64,000 bases of DNA from Nemertoderma westbladi (Eukaryota; Animalia; Xenacoelomorpha). The DNA lies in contig JAUCBJ010002022.1 in the NCBI GenBank assembly GCA_032718475.1, positions 1 through 64,000 of the forward strand, in the 5' to 3' direction. Every line of letters begins with the position of its first letter. Position 1 is the first letter of the stretch. The notes beneath the pieces were generated by a model, which saw only the letters and a program-made list of their open reading frames with translations, was not told the DNA's origin and ran no database searches. Position numbers and translations under genes: made by a program. This document shows, in pieces, positions 1 to 13,800 of the stretch.

Positions 1-866
1 TCCGTCTAGTTGTATTCGGTTGGATTCAATATCTAATAATTACTCATTTGTATTTGCCAAAACAGTCTATCTCTATGAACTACAATACAATAATGACTGT
101 AAACTTGCCTTATATCCTACAATTATGCTTTTATTTCGAGAAAATGTTTTGTAATTTTGAATGTGCCCCCTGGGGCACGAAAAAAACAAATAGTGCAAAC
201 ATGATAATGAAAAATCAGCATGAAATCAAGACAATTTTAGAACCTTTATTGGCATTTTTGTTGTTTTTTGGGATGCTGTTCACGAATATGACACTGAAAT
301 ATATTGTACCTTGTTGATTGGGGCATTTTTGGATATGTGTCAATGTGTGGCTCGAAAAATATAAGTATAGAACAAATTTGTTAATAAAAAATCATTACTA
401 AATCACCTTATTTCATGACATTGGGGGTTTTCTTAGACACCCTGATCACGATGATGAGCCTCAAAAATATTGTATTATCCAACCAAATTCAATTTTTGAC
501 CTTTGTAAGTTTTATGCTACAGTTGCATTTTTCGTCCCACCAGACAAGCACTAAGAACGACAGTTGCGTTACAACTAAAAATTTTTAAGGAGTAGTTGTA
601 TCATGATCAGCGATTTCGAAAACCAGTATTGCTTCAGAATTACCCAAACAAAGGCACAATTTAACAGTTTTAAAATTTTTTGCTACTTCTACTTTTCATC
701 CTGGGGCATCAGAATGACACAAAAAATGACGTTTGACTTACCAGAAATTTTTAACAACAGTCATCGTAATAGCTTCCTCGAAAACTCGTATACGAAAGGG
801 ATTTTGGCATACAAATGTCTATGAAAACATAAAAGCAAATACGCTCTATCTCACCGTGCACTATGT
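1..866. mobile_element. Probable truncated DNA-transposon remnant
   Basis: AT-rich with recurring degenerate motifs (gatgctgttcacgaatatga, cctgatcacgatgatga, atcagcgatttcgaaaac) and a CAC-type end caccgtgcactatg. The other end is not in the window. Confidence 0.35.
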
Positions 867-1140
867 AGATAGGAGTTTCAGTTAAAAATATGCTGTTCAG
901 TTCATAGAATTCTATGACTATAACTTTCCTAATGACATAATTTCACAGGATTTCCACCAATCAGGATTCAAATGACAGGCCTTGTATCGTGGTATGTATT
1001 TTGCGTTTTTCTCAAAACTATGTAAAAATGAGTTAGACGGTTTTGTCATTTAAGGGCCGTATAGTTGTAACACTAATAGGTAATAAATAGGGTCTGGAAA
1101 ATATGAACCCGATCGTTGTCGATTGACCCTAGGTGCTGAT

Positions 1141-3791
1141 TAGGGTGGTCCTTATTTCAATGTAAAATTTAAAAGTTGTGGAAATTCTCCTCTGACCCCC
1201 CCAAGTCCTTTCTTCTGATAAAAAAACACCTTGAGTAAAATTTGAGCACAAATGATATATATTTAGAGGTAGCTCAAACACCCTGAAGTTGAGCGTTTGG
1301 ACACCATTTGATCGCGCGCGCAGAATATAATGGAGTTTGCTGATATGAAGGCTTCTGTTGGTCGTACAGAGTTAATTTTAGGCTTATTTGAACCGCAATC
1401 ATCGATTTAGTGGGTGTAGATACCTTCAAAACAAGTGCTAATCTAGTAGTTCTTGAGATATCATACAAAAGCTTAAGCCCGGCACAACTCATCAATCGAT
1501 CATTCAATTGATTGCGCCTAGCACATATTGAAATATTGGCATTACCATTTTGTAGGTCTACCTCACTGCATCTTATTTCAGTTAATCTCGATTTTAGCAT
1601 TGTCTAACCATTCAAAGCTATGTTTAGTAAAAAAAAATCCATCACAACCCCATGGGAAATGCTTGCACAAGCATCACTAATTTGTGTCTAAGCACCATTT
1701 GGTACGATATCAATAATTGGCCACAAAACTTAACTTTTGGTTAATTATATCTAGGAACTGTTCGTTTAATTTGATTTTGACTGATTTTAAGTGCAGAACC
1801 AAAAAATCGCATCTGATTTGAATTTTAAAATGATATTGTGCATGATATACAACAATACCACACTGTACTGTACTTCAAAGCATATTAATAGGATTGATAG
1901 ATACAGAGATATGTGCATCCAGCGACCATAAGAGTACTATATGGGAAGAAGCTTTGAACATATGCATTATACATAATTAGACAATGCTGATTCCAAATCT
2001 GATTTCAGATTTGCCCTACCCCATCAAGTTTTCTCACAATTGCCAATTTGAATTCAAAAAACCTACCGCAAACGACTATGATGAGTGATATAGATTCAAT
2101 AAGAATCAAATATGCTCAAAATCAATCTAAAACATTGAAATGAGCTTTGTTTATATGAATTATATATAATTAAAACAATGCCGATTCTAAATCTGCTTTC
2201 ATATTTGCCATAGCATATCAAGTTATTTTCAAAATTACCAATTTAAGTTCAAATTACTTATCGCGAACAACTGTAAGGAGAGACGTTGATTCAAAAAGAA
2301 TCAAATATGCTCAAACTCAATCTACAACATTGAATGGAGCTTTGTTCATATGAATTATATATAATTAAACAATGGTGATTCCAAATCGGCTTTCAGATTT
2401 GCCATGCTGCCATAGCATATCAAGTTTTTTCACAATTGCCAATTTGAGTTCAAATTACTTATCGCGAACAACTGTGATGAGTGAAGTAGATTCAATAATA
2501 ATCAAATATGCTCCAAATCAATATAAAACATGAAAAAGAGCTTTGTTAATTTGAGTTATATATTAAACATTGCAATCTATATAGTGAATCTGCTATCAGA
2601 TTTACCATAGCATATGTTGTAGATTGATTTGGGGGTGTATTTTATTCTTATTGAATCTACTTTCACTCATAATAATTGTTTGCGATAAGTAATTTGAACT
2701 TAAATTGGCAATTGTAAAAAAAACTTGATATCCTATGGCAGTATGGCAAATATGAAAGCAGATTTGGAATCAGCATTGTTTAAAAATATATAATTCATAT
2801 AAACAAAGCTCCATTCAATGTTTTGGATTGATTTTGAGCATATTTGATTCTCATTTGAATCTACGCCACTCATCACAGTCGTTTGCAATAAGTTTTTGAA
2901 CTCAAAGTAGCAATTGTGAAAAAACTTGAATTGGTAGGGCAAATCTGAAATCAGATTTGGAATCAGCATTGCCTAATTATGTATAATACATATGTGCAAA
3001 GCTTCTTCCCATATATTAATTAGTTCTCTTTTGGTCGCTGGATGCACATATCTCTGCATCTATCAATCCTTATCTTAAAATGCTTTGAAGTACAGTATAG
3101 TATTGTTGTATATCATGCACCATATCATTTTAAAATACAAATCAGATGCGATTTTTGGGTTCTGCACTTAAAATCAGTCAAAATCAAATTAAACGAACAG
3201 TCAGACAGTTCTTAGATATAATTATTGATATTGTACCAAATGGCGCTTAGGCATAGGCACAAATTAGTGATTCTTGTGCAAGCATTTCCCATGGGGTTGT
3301 GATTAATTTTTTTTACTAAACATAGCTTTGAATGGTTATACAATGCTAAAATCGAGATTAACTGAAAGAAGATGCAGGGAGGTAGACCTACAAAATGTTA
3401 ATGCCAATATTTCAATATCTCCTAGGCGTAATCAATTGAATGATCGATTGATGAGTTGTGCCGGGCTTAAGCTTTTGTATGATATCTTAAGAACTACTAG
3501 ATTAGCACTTGTTTTGAAGGTATCTACACCCACTAAATCGATGATTGCGGTTCAAATAAGCCTAAAATTAACTCTGTACGACCAACAGAAGCCTTCATAT
3601 CAGCAGAATCCATTATATTCTTCGCGCGCGATCAATCGGTGACCAGACACTCAACTTCAGTGTGTTTGAGCTACCTCTAATATTTGATGTACATGCTTAA
3701 AATTTCGCATGTCGTATTTTTTGACGTAATGGAAACATTTGAGGGGGTCAAAGATGATAAATTCCAACCTTTCAAAATAAGGACCACCCTA
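1141..3791. mobile_element. Foldback-type non-autonomous DNA transposon (long inverted arms)
   Basis: Termini tagggtggtccttattt / aaataaggaccacccta. Arms are near-identical inverted copies (ORF 1274-1600 minus mirrors ORF 3328-3642 plus). Flanks ggtgctgat / gctgctgat match 8/9 as a possible TSD. Internal 190-195-bp tandem subunits at about 1960-2990. Confidence 0.85.
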
Positions 3792-4500
3792 GCTGCTGAT
3801 ATATTCCCATTAATATTGATATTCCCATCGATTTGATTTTGACGATCTTCGCTATTAAAGTTTCACATTTTCGAATTCCCCAACGTGTATTGGTTACATA
3901 GATACACGACGAAGTGTGGCCTTCGCGCAGCACTTAAAATTAAAAGCAAATTCTAAGCAAGCAGATGTCCTCTAATATCTTTACCACCTAGAGGCAGACT
4001 GTGTAACTGCAGACGGTTTAATACCTCACAATAACTCACTCTCTGGTCTGGAATATAATATGTGCCAGGCATCAACGAGGAGGAATTGATTATAAACAAA
4101 ATAATACGAAAGGGATGGAGGTTTTCATTTCAGATATTTCTGAAATGTTTTAATTTCAGCCCACTAGCGGTAGACTGGAGAACTGCCTCGATGGACGCAG
4201 CCTATGGATGGTCTACGGTCTAGCATGCATATACGCCAAGTTTCAGCTTGAACGGTTAAAAAATAACGAAATGAGAGAAGGTTTTTACTTTAAGATATTT
4301 CGATCTCTACCGGTAAAGTGTAGATGGTGTACCGAACCACAAAGAAGCAGCCAGTTTTCTAGAACATATATGCCAAGTTTCAGCTTAAACTGGTCAAAAT
4401 CAAGGAAATGATAGAATGTTTTCACTTTCGTACATTTCGCCCTCTAGTAGTGACAGACTGGAGAACTGCGGACCGATCACCTTCTCCACAAAGACGCAAC

Positions 4501-6919
4501 ATGTGGGGCGAGCCACGAAGTGAGTGAGCCTTAGCGTAGTGGTACCATTAATCAACCTGTCGTTCTGTCGTTCTGTCGTTCTGTCGTTCTGTCGTGTTCA
4601 ATTTTAAACGTTAATAACTAGGCCAATCTTTGATGAAATCTATCCAAACTTGGTACACATGTTGTTTGGCAAAAGTTTAGAAATTTTCCAAGTAGAATTT
4701 CCGTGTGGCCTTCGAGAAGCTAAGATAATAGCAGTTAATTAGTTAATTAAGTTGATTACGGTGAAAACACCATTTTCAACCTGCCTTTTAAAGGAAATTA
4801 ATTGTTTTACAGTATAAGATTTAAATAATTATAATTAAAAATTATACAGATGTAATCCACATACGCCATTCTATTATAGTTTTTAATTAGTTCAAGTGAT
4901 TTGCTTTAATAATTGTGTCTTTAATTGATCTAAAGTAATTAAAACGGCATAAAAAATTGATTCTATTAAATACTGATCATTTATTGGCCAACTTGCAAGT
5001 TGGCTGGTACATAGATGGGGGATGTGTGTGTAAGGGAGCCAGTTGCTGGGAATGCCAGTGGAGGGGGGTTGTATGTAACTAGCCACACGGCTGCCAGCTA
5101 GACCTAACGAGATTGAAACCTGCATTCCCTACCTCCTATTACACTATAGAGTCTGTGTTGGTGTTCGGACACTTCCCCCCCGGACACTTCCCCCCCGGAC
5201 AGTTCCCCCCCGCTCAAGTAGGACACTTCCCCCCCGGACACTTCCCCCCCAGACACTTCCCCCCCGCGGACACTTCCCCCCCGACTGTTCTTAACTTCGC
5301 ACATTCGTATTTTTCATTTTGTAAGGTAAACGGACCGCTTGTATCTAGATAAGTTGTATCCAATTTTCCTTTCGTAGCTCAGAAAGTGATCTTTTGCATC
5401 CCGATTTTACATTTTATATCCAAGTTTTATTTATGGGTTTTATCAATGCAATTACATTGTATTGTTTGCTAATCTTTAAACAATTAATTATATTAGATGA
5501 CTTATAAATTCCATCCCCGGAATGATATACTGTTTTTATTAACTATAGAATTATAATAATTCATTGTTTTAATTATAGGTATTATTATGTAATAGTCTTC
5601 TTCAAATTGTAGCAGATGGGGATGAATATTATTGTTGCAATCAAATTATACCTCTCCAGGGTAAAATCGACATGCGTCGACCTGTATTCTGTGTTCAGCA
5701 TTACATATTGATATACATATTACTACTATACATACTATATAGATATTATACACACTACATATTAAATTTGATGGTTACTTGCAATATTTTTAATAGGATT
5801 TTGTTGAATTATATACTATTGAAGTAATTTATATATTAAATTGGTTAACATTCAATACAGCTCCTACTTTAGGCTTAGTCAATTTATTATCTGATGATAC
5901 AAACATGAATTCAATATTTCAAAGTGGTCTTAAGTCTTTGACCACGGGCACTCAGGGAAATGCCGGGGTCTGGGGGCGATAAAAAAAAAGAAGCGGGGGT
6001 TTGGGGGCGGTAGCCCCAACAAAAGAAGCGGGGGTTTGGGGACGGCAGCCCCCAATTAAAAAAAATTAAAAAAATTGAAGGAATTAAAAGAAAAACAAAC
6101 AAAATTTGATTATAAAATGTTTCTTTTATAATTTTGAAAAAACTTGTCTAGATGCAACTTGTCCTGTAACCATCTTTAACTTTTGTTTATTGCTTAGGTG
6201 CACCCAGATTAATTTTAACACTTTAACTGGGGGGGAAGTGTCCGGGGGGCAAGTGTCCGGGGGGGAAGTGTCCGGGGGGGAAGTGTCCTACTTGGGCGGG
6301 GGGGAAGTGTCCGGGGGGGAAGTGTCCGGGGGGGAAGTGTCCTAGATCCTCTGTGTTCTTTAGTCTCAGGTAATAGACAGATCTCATTTAATGATTGTCA
6401 GTCAATAAGATTACCACTGCGCAGAAGGCTTATATCCAAAATTGTTTATTTCTCAAAATATTATGCTTATTATTTTTTGATGGGATTTCTGTGTATTTTA
6501 ATTGTCTAAGTTTTCAGAGGCATTAACAGTATATTAAATAAATTATTTGAATATCATTCATTACTGCATCGACTGTATTTAGTACTGCGTAGATTATATT
6601 CCTATAAACCACCTGGCTTCGCATATTGAACGTGCGATTGGAAATAAGTTCGTGCTACCTTCCGTGGGTGGTAGATGTCGCGGTTATGTATTGGTGGGTG
6701 GGAAGGGTGGGGGGGGGGGTGGTGGGGTGGGGTGGGGGTGCAGATTTAAAGGGCTGAACACGTACTGTCCCTCTTTTTTTGATTGATTGGCGGTGTGGTT
6801 AAATTTCTAAATTTTACTAATTTATAAAGTTAAATACTGATTTTGTGATACAGTCGCTCGATATTAATTTGTATCTCATAACTGGGCCTCGTGCTGCGCG
6901 AAGGCCCCACGAACGTGTA
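4501..6919 (-). mobile_element. Related Helentron/DINE-1-like element inserted in reverse orientation inside copy 1
   Basis: Reverse complements of the same terminal motifs: gtgctgcgcgaaggccccacgaacgtgta at 6891-6919 and tgtggggcgagccacgaag at 4502-4520. A (ctgtcgtt)n microsatellite lies at 4557-4595. Confidence 0.6.
5160..6349. mobile_element. MITE-like DNA transposon with G/C-run repeat TIRs and 8-bp TSD
   Basis: Perfect direct repeat tctgtgtt at 5152-5159 and 6350-6357, with GG...CC termini. Arrays of ggacacttccccccc on the left and gggggggaagtgtcc on the right. AT-rich interior with no ORF. Confidence 0.88.
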
Positions 6920-7809
6920 ATATAGTACATATATGCCAAGATTCAGCTTAAACGAATTAAAATAACGGAAATTGAAGACGTTTTTCACTTTCAGATATTT
7001 CGCCCTCTAGTGGCAGACTGGATAAGTGCAGATGAATCATCTTCCTTAAAAAGACGCAGCATGTAGTCTGGTACATAATTTCATGAACGGATTAAAAGCA
7101 AAGAAATGTGAGGACATTTAATGTTTAGACATGTAGCCCTCTAAGCGGGTGAATGTTGAATTGAAGGTGTCTGAAAGTCTCTATAAAAAATTTCAACCTT
7201 TGGACTTATCGATGACTACAAATTTTCAATTCGACAGGGTTATTAATTAGCATGTCAATATGGTAACGCAGACGACGACGACAACTATTTGCCGTTATTC
7301 ACCCACCCTGACAGTTCGCTAAGGCTCCGCCAACTATGTATGTGGCTCGCTCCACAGACTTCTGCGGCCTGTGCATCTAAGCTAAACCATATCAACTTTT
7401 TGAAATTCCAATTTAATATGAAATTTATAACTAACCAAAAACAATGTAATGTGTAAGACTTTCTTCTAGCTACAAACAATCACTTTCTTTAAAATTGTCA
7501 TATTGATATGATGCCGAACTTTATTTTAACATCTAAGAAAATCTCATGTTTATTTCTAGACAACATTGTACTGTACTGTACATGCTTCCCCTCCCTCCGT
7601 ATTTCAACCCCCCCCCCCCCCCATTGTTTTTGCATTTACTACTGTATTAAATAAAGGAAAATAATAATTCGCCTATGTGAATGAAGTATACCTGGTGCTG
7701 GTACTCACATTTTTGCCGGAGAATATAATACGATTTTGTTTATTCAAATTTTCCCGATTCAGTGCTTTAAGTGCGCTCTGTTCGTTCTTATTAACCTATT
7801 AAGATGGTA

Positions 7810-10800
7810 CTGGTTTACATTCCGACTCCTTGTAACCTGGGTTTCCTTCCTACTGTAACCCATTCATACTCCTCTGGTTTACATTCCGACTCCTTGTAAC
7901 CTAACCTGGGTTTCCTTCCTACTGTAACCCATTCATACTCCTCTGGTTTACATTCCGACTCCTTGTAACCTGGGTTTCCTTCCTACTGTAACCCATACTC
8001 CTCTGGTTTACATTCCGACTCCTTGTAACCTGGGTTTCCTTCCTACTGTAACCCATTCATACTCCTCTGGTTTACATTCCGACTCCTTGTAACCTAACCT
8101 GGGTTTCCTTCCTACTGTAACCCATTCATACTCCTCTGGTTTACATTCCGACTCCTTGTAACCTGGGTTTCCTTCCTACTGTAACCCATACTCCTTTGGT
8201 TTACATTCCGACTCCTGGTAACCTGGGTATCCTTCCTACTGTAACCCATACTCCTCTGGTTTACATTCCGACTCCTTGTAACCTGGGTTTCCTTCATACT
8301 GTAACCCATACTCCTCTGGTTTACTTTCCGACTCCTTGTAACCTGGGTTTCCTTCCTACTGTAACCCATTCATGCTCCTCTGGTTTACATTCCGACTCCT
8401 TGTAACCTGGGTTTCCTTCCTACTGTTACCCATTCATACTCCTCTGGTTTACATTCCGACTCCTTGTAACCTGGGTTTCCTTCCTACTGTAACCCATTCA
8501 TACTCCTCTGGTTTACATTCCGACCCCTTGTAACCTGGGTTTCCTTCCTACTGTAACCCATACTCCTCTGGTTTACATTCCGACTCCTTGTAACCTGGGT
8601 TTCCTTCCTACTGTAACCCATACTCCTCTGGTTTACATTCCGACTCCTTGTAACCTGGGTTTCCTTCCTACTGTAAACCATACTCCTCTGGTTTACATTC
8701 CGAATCCTTGTAACCTGGGTTTCCTTCCTACTGTAACCCATTCATACTCCGCTGGTTTACATTCCGACTCCTTGTAACCTGGGTTTCCTTCCTACTGTAA
8801 CCCATACTCCTCTGGTTTACATTCCGACTCCTTGTAACCTGGATTTCCTTCCTACTGTAACCCATACTCCTTTGGTTTACAGTCCGACTCCTTGTAACCT
8901 GGGTTTCCTTCCTACTGTAACCCATACTCCTCTGGTTTACATTCCGACTCCTTGTAACCTGGGTTTCCTTCCTACTGTAACCCATACTCCCTTGGTTTAC
9001 ATTCCGACTCCTTGTAACCTGGGTTTCCTTCCTACTGTAACCCATTCATACTCCTCTGGTTTACATTCCGACTCCTTGTAACCTGGGTTTCCTTCCTACT
9101 GTAAACCATACTCCTCTGGTTTACATTCCGAATCCTTGTAACCTGGGTTTCCTTCCTACTGTAACCCATTCATACTCCGCTGGTTTACATTCCGACTCCT
9201 TGTAACCTGGGTTTCCTTCCTACTGTAACCCATACTCCTCTGGTTTACATTCCGACTCCTTGTAACCTGGGTTTCCTTCCTACTGTAACCCATACTCCTT
9301 TGGTTTACATTCCGACTCCTTGTAACCTGGGTTTCCTTCCTACTGTAACCCATACTCCTCTGGTTTACATTCCGACTCCTTGTAACCTGGGTTTCCTTCC
9401 TACTGTAACCCATACTCCCTTGGTTTACATTCCGACTCCTTGTAACCTGGGTTTCCTTCCTACTGTAACCCATTCATACTCCTCTGGTTTACATTCCGAC
9501 TCCTTGTAACCTGGGTTTCCTTCCTACTGTAAACCATACTCCTCTGGTTTACATTCCGACTCCTTGTAACCTGGGTTTCCTTCCTACTGTAACCCATACT
9601 CCTCTGGTTTACATTCCGACTCCTTGTAACCTGGGTTTCCTTCCTACTGTAACCCATACTCCTCTGGTTTACATTCTGACTCCTTGTAACCTGGGTTTCC
9701 TTCCTACTGTAACCCATACTCCCTTGGTTTACATTCCGACTCCTTGTAACCTGGGTTTCCCTTCCTACTGTAACCCATTCATACTCCTCTGGTTTACATT
9801 CCGACTCCTTGTAACCTGGTTTCCCTTCCTACTGTAACCCATTCATACTCCTCTGGATTACATTCCGACTCCTTGTAACCTGGATTTCCTTCCTACTGTA
9901 ACCCATACTCCTTTGGTTTACATTCCGACTCCTTGTAACCTGGGTTTCCTTCCTACTGTAACCCATACTCCTCTGGTTAACATTCCGACTCCTGGTAACC
10001 TGGGTTTCCTTCCTACTGTAACCCATTCATACTCCTCTGGTTTACATTCCGACTCCTTGTAACCTGGGTTTCCTTCCTACTGTAACCCATTCATACTCCT
10101 CTGGTTTACATTCCGACTCCTTGTAACCTGGGTTTCCTTCCTACTGTAACCCATTCATACTCCTCTGGTTTACATTCCGACTCCTTGTAACCTGGGTTTC
10201 CTTCCTACTGTAACCCATTCATACTCCTCTGGTTTACATTCCGACTCCTTGTAACCTGGGTTTCCTTCCTACTGTAACCCATTCATACTCCTCTGGTTTA
10301 CATTCCGACTCCTTGTAACCTGGGTTTCCTTCCTACTGTAACCCATTCATACTCCTCTGGTTTACATTCCGACTCCTTGTAACCTGGGTTTCCTTCCTAC
10401 TGTAACCCATACTCCTCTGGTTTACATTCCGACTCCTTGTAACCTGGGTTTCCTTCCTACTGTAACCCATACTCCTCTGGTTTACATTCCGACTCCTTGT
10501 AACCTGGGTTTCCTTCCTACTGTAACCCATACTCCTCTGGTTTACATTCCGACTCCTGGTAACCTGGGTTTCCTTCCTACTGTAACCCATACTCCTCTGG
10601 TTTACATTCCGACTCCTTGTAACCTGGGTTTCCTTCCTACTGTAACCCATACTCCTCTGGTTTACATTCCGACTCCTTGTAACCTGGGTTTCCTTCCTAC
10701 TGTAACCCATACTCCTCTGGTTTACATTCCGACTCCTTGTAACCTGGGTTTCCTTCCTACTGTAACCCATTCATACTCCTCTGGTTTACATTCCGACTCC

Positions 10801-13800
10801 TTGTAACCTGGGTTTCCTTCCTACTGTAACCCATACTCCTCTGGTTTACATTCCGACTCCTTGTAACCTGGGTTTCCTTCCTACTGTAACCCATTCATAC
10901 TCCTCTGGTTTACATTCCGACTCCTTGTAACCTGGGTTTCCTTCCTACTGTAACCCATTCATACTCCTCTGGTTTACATTCCGACTCCTTGTAACCTGGG
11001 TTTCCTTCCTACTGTAACCCATACTCCTCTGGTTTACATTCCGACTCCTTGTAACCTGGGTTTCCTTCCTACTGTAACCCATTCATACTCCTCTGGTTTA
11101 CATTCCGACTCCTTGTAACCTGGGTTTCCTTCCTACTGTAACCCATACTCCCTTGGTTTACATTCCGACTCCTTGTAACCTGGGTTTCCCTTCCTACTGT
11201 AACCCATTCATACTCCTCTGGTTTACATTCCGACTCCTTGTAACCTGGGTTTCCTTCCTACTGTAACCCATTCATACTCCTCTGGTTTACATTCCGACTC
11301 CTTGTAACCTGGGTTTCCTTCCTACTGTAACCCATACTCCTCTGGTTTACATTCCGACTCCTTGTAACCTGGGTTTCCTTCCTACTGTAACCCATACTCC
11401 TCTGGTTTACATTCCGACTCCTTGTAACCTGGGTTTCCTTCCTACTGTAACCCATACTCCTCTGGTTTACATTCCGACTCCTTGTAACCTGGGTTTCCTT
11501 CCTACTGTAACCCATACTCCCTTGGTTTACATTCCGACTCCTTGTAACCTGGGTTTCCTTCCTACTGTAACCCATTCATACTCCTCTGGTTTACATTCCG
11601 ACTCCTTGTAACCTGGGTTTCCTTCCTACTGTAACCCATACTCCTCTGGTTTACATTCCGACTCCTTGTAACCTGGGTTTCCTTCCTACTGTAACCCATA
11701 CTCCTCTGGTTTACATTCCGACTCCTTGTAACCTGGGTTTCCTTCCTACTGTAACCCATACTCCTCTGGTTTACATTCCGACTCCTTGTAACCTGGGTTT
11801 CCTTCCTACTGTAACCCATACTCCCTTGGTTTACATTCCGACTCCTTGTAACCTGGGTTTCCTTCCTACTGTAACCCATACTCCTCTGGTTTACATTCCG
11901 ACTCCTTGTAACCTGGGTTTCCTTCCTACTGTAACCCATACTCCTCTGGTTTACATTCCGACTCCTTGTAACCTGGGTTTCCTTCCTACTGTAACCCATA
12001 CTCCTCTGGTTTACATTCCGACTCCTTGTAACCTGGGTTTCCTTCCTACTGTAACCCATACTCCCTTGGTTTACATTCCGACTCCTTGTAACCTGGGTTT
12101 CCTTCCTACTGTAACCCATTCATACTCCTCTGGTTTACATTCCGACTCCTTGTAACCTGGGTTTCCTTCCTACTGTAAACCATACTCCTCTGGTTTACAT
12201 TCCGAATCCTTGTAACCTGGGTTTCCTTCCTACTGTAACCCATTCATACTCCGCTGGTTTACATTCCGACTCCTTGTAACCTGGGTTTCCTTCCTACTGT
12301 AACCCATACTCCTCTGGTTTACATTCCGACTCCTTGTAACCTGGGTTTCCTTCCTACTGTAACCCATACTCCTTTGGTTTACATTCCGACTCCTTGTAAC
12401 CTGGGTTTCCTTCCTACTGTAACCCATACTCCTCTGGTTTACATTCCGACTCCTTGTAACCTGGGTTTCCTTCCTACTGTAACCCATACTCCCTTGGTTT
12501 ACATTCCGACTCCTTGTAACCTGGGTTTCCTTCCTACTGTAACCCATTCATACTCCTCTGGTTTACATTCCGACTCCTTGTAACCTGGGTTTCCTTCCTA
12601 CTGTAAACCATACTCCTCTGGTTTACATTCCGACTCCTTGTAACCTGGGTTTCCTTCCTACTGTAACCCATACTCCTCTGGTTTACATTCCGACTCCTTG
12701 TAACCTGGGTTTCCTTCCTACTGTAACCCATACTCCTCTGGTTTACATTCTGACTCCTTGTAACCTGGGTTTCCTTCCTACTGTAACCCATACTCCCTTG
12801 GTTTACATTCCGACTCCTTGTAACCTGGGTTTCCCTTCCTACTGTAACCCATTCATACTCCTCTGGTTTACATTCCGACTCCTTGTAACCTGGTTTCCCT
12901 TCCTACTGTAACCCATTCATACTCCTCTGGATTACATTCCGACTCCTTGTAACCTGGATTTCCTTCCTACTGTAACCCATACTCCTTTGGTTTACATTCC
13001 GACTCCTTGTAACCTGGGTTTCCTTCCTACTGTAACCCATACTCCTCTGGTTAACATTCCGACTCCTGGTAACCTGTGTTTCCTTCCTACTGTAACCCAT
13101 TCATACTCCTCTGGTTTACATTCCGACTCCTTGTAACCTGGGTTTCCTTCCTACTGTAACCCATTCATACTCCTCTGGTTTACATTCCGACTCCTTGTAA
13201 CCTGGGTTTCCTTCCTACTGTAACCCATTCATACTCCTCTGGTTTACATTCCGACTCCTTGTAACCTGGGTTTCCTTCCTACTGTAACCCATTCATACTC
13301 CTCTGGTTTACATTCCGACTCCTTGTAACCTGGGTTTCCTTCCTACTGTAACCCATTCATACTCCTCTGGTTTACATTCCGACTCCTTGTAACCTGGGTT
13401 TCCTTCCTACTGTAACCCATTCATACTCCTCTGGTTTACATTCCGACTCCTTGTAACCTGGGTTTCCTTCCTACTGTAACCCATACTCCTCTGGTTTACA
13501 TTCCGACTCCTTGTAACCTGGGTTTCCTTCCTACTGTAACCCATACTCCTCTGGTTTACATTCCGACTCCTTGTAACCTGGGTTTCCTTCCTACTGTAAC
13601 CCATACTCCTCTGGTTTACATTCCGACTCCTGGTAACCTGGGTTTCCTTCCTACTGTAACCCATACTCCTCTGGTTTACATTCCGACTCCTTGTAACCTG
13701 GGTTTCCTTCCTACTGTAACCCATACTCCTCTGGTTTACATTCCGACTCCTTGTAACCTGGGTTTCCTTCCTACTGTAACCCATACTCCTCTGGTTTACA

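Larger units (their letters stand above)
3903..7356 (+). mobile_element. Helentron/DINE-1-like non-autonomous element, copy 1 (host of nested insertions)
   Basis: 5' end tacacgacgaagtgtggccttcgcgcagcac and 3' end ttcgctaaggctccgccaact..gtggctcgctccaca. Internal core cgccctctag(c/t)ggcagactgga and a (gac)n tract are shared with the copy at 48577-50428. Family assignment is an inference. Confidence 0.6.

Noticed and set aside
1274-3642. Pair of near-identical 104-108 aa ORFs on opposite strands
   Set aside because: A consequence of the foldback arms. No recognisable domain or transposase motif.
5104-6345. Collagen-like GHFPP and GGEVS ORFs
   Set aside because: They are translations of the MITE terminal repeats.
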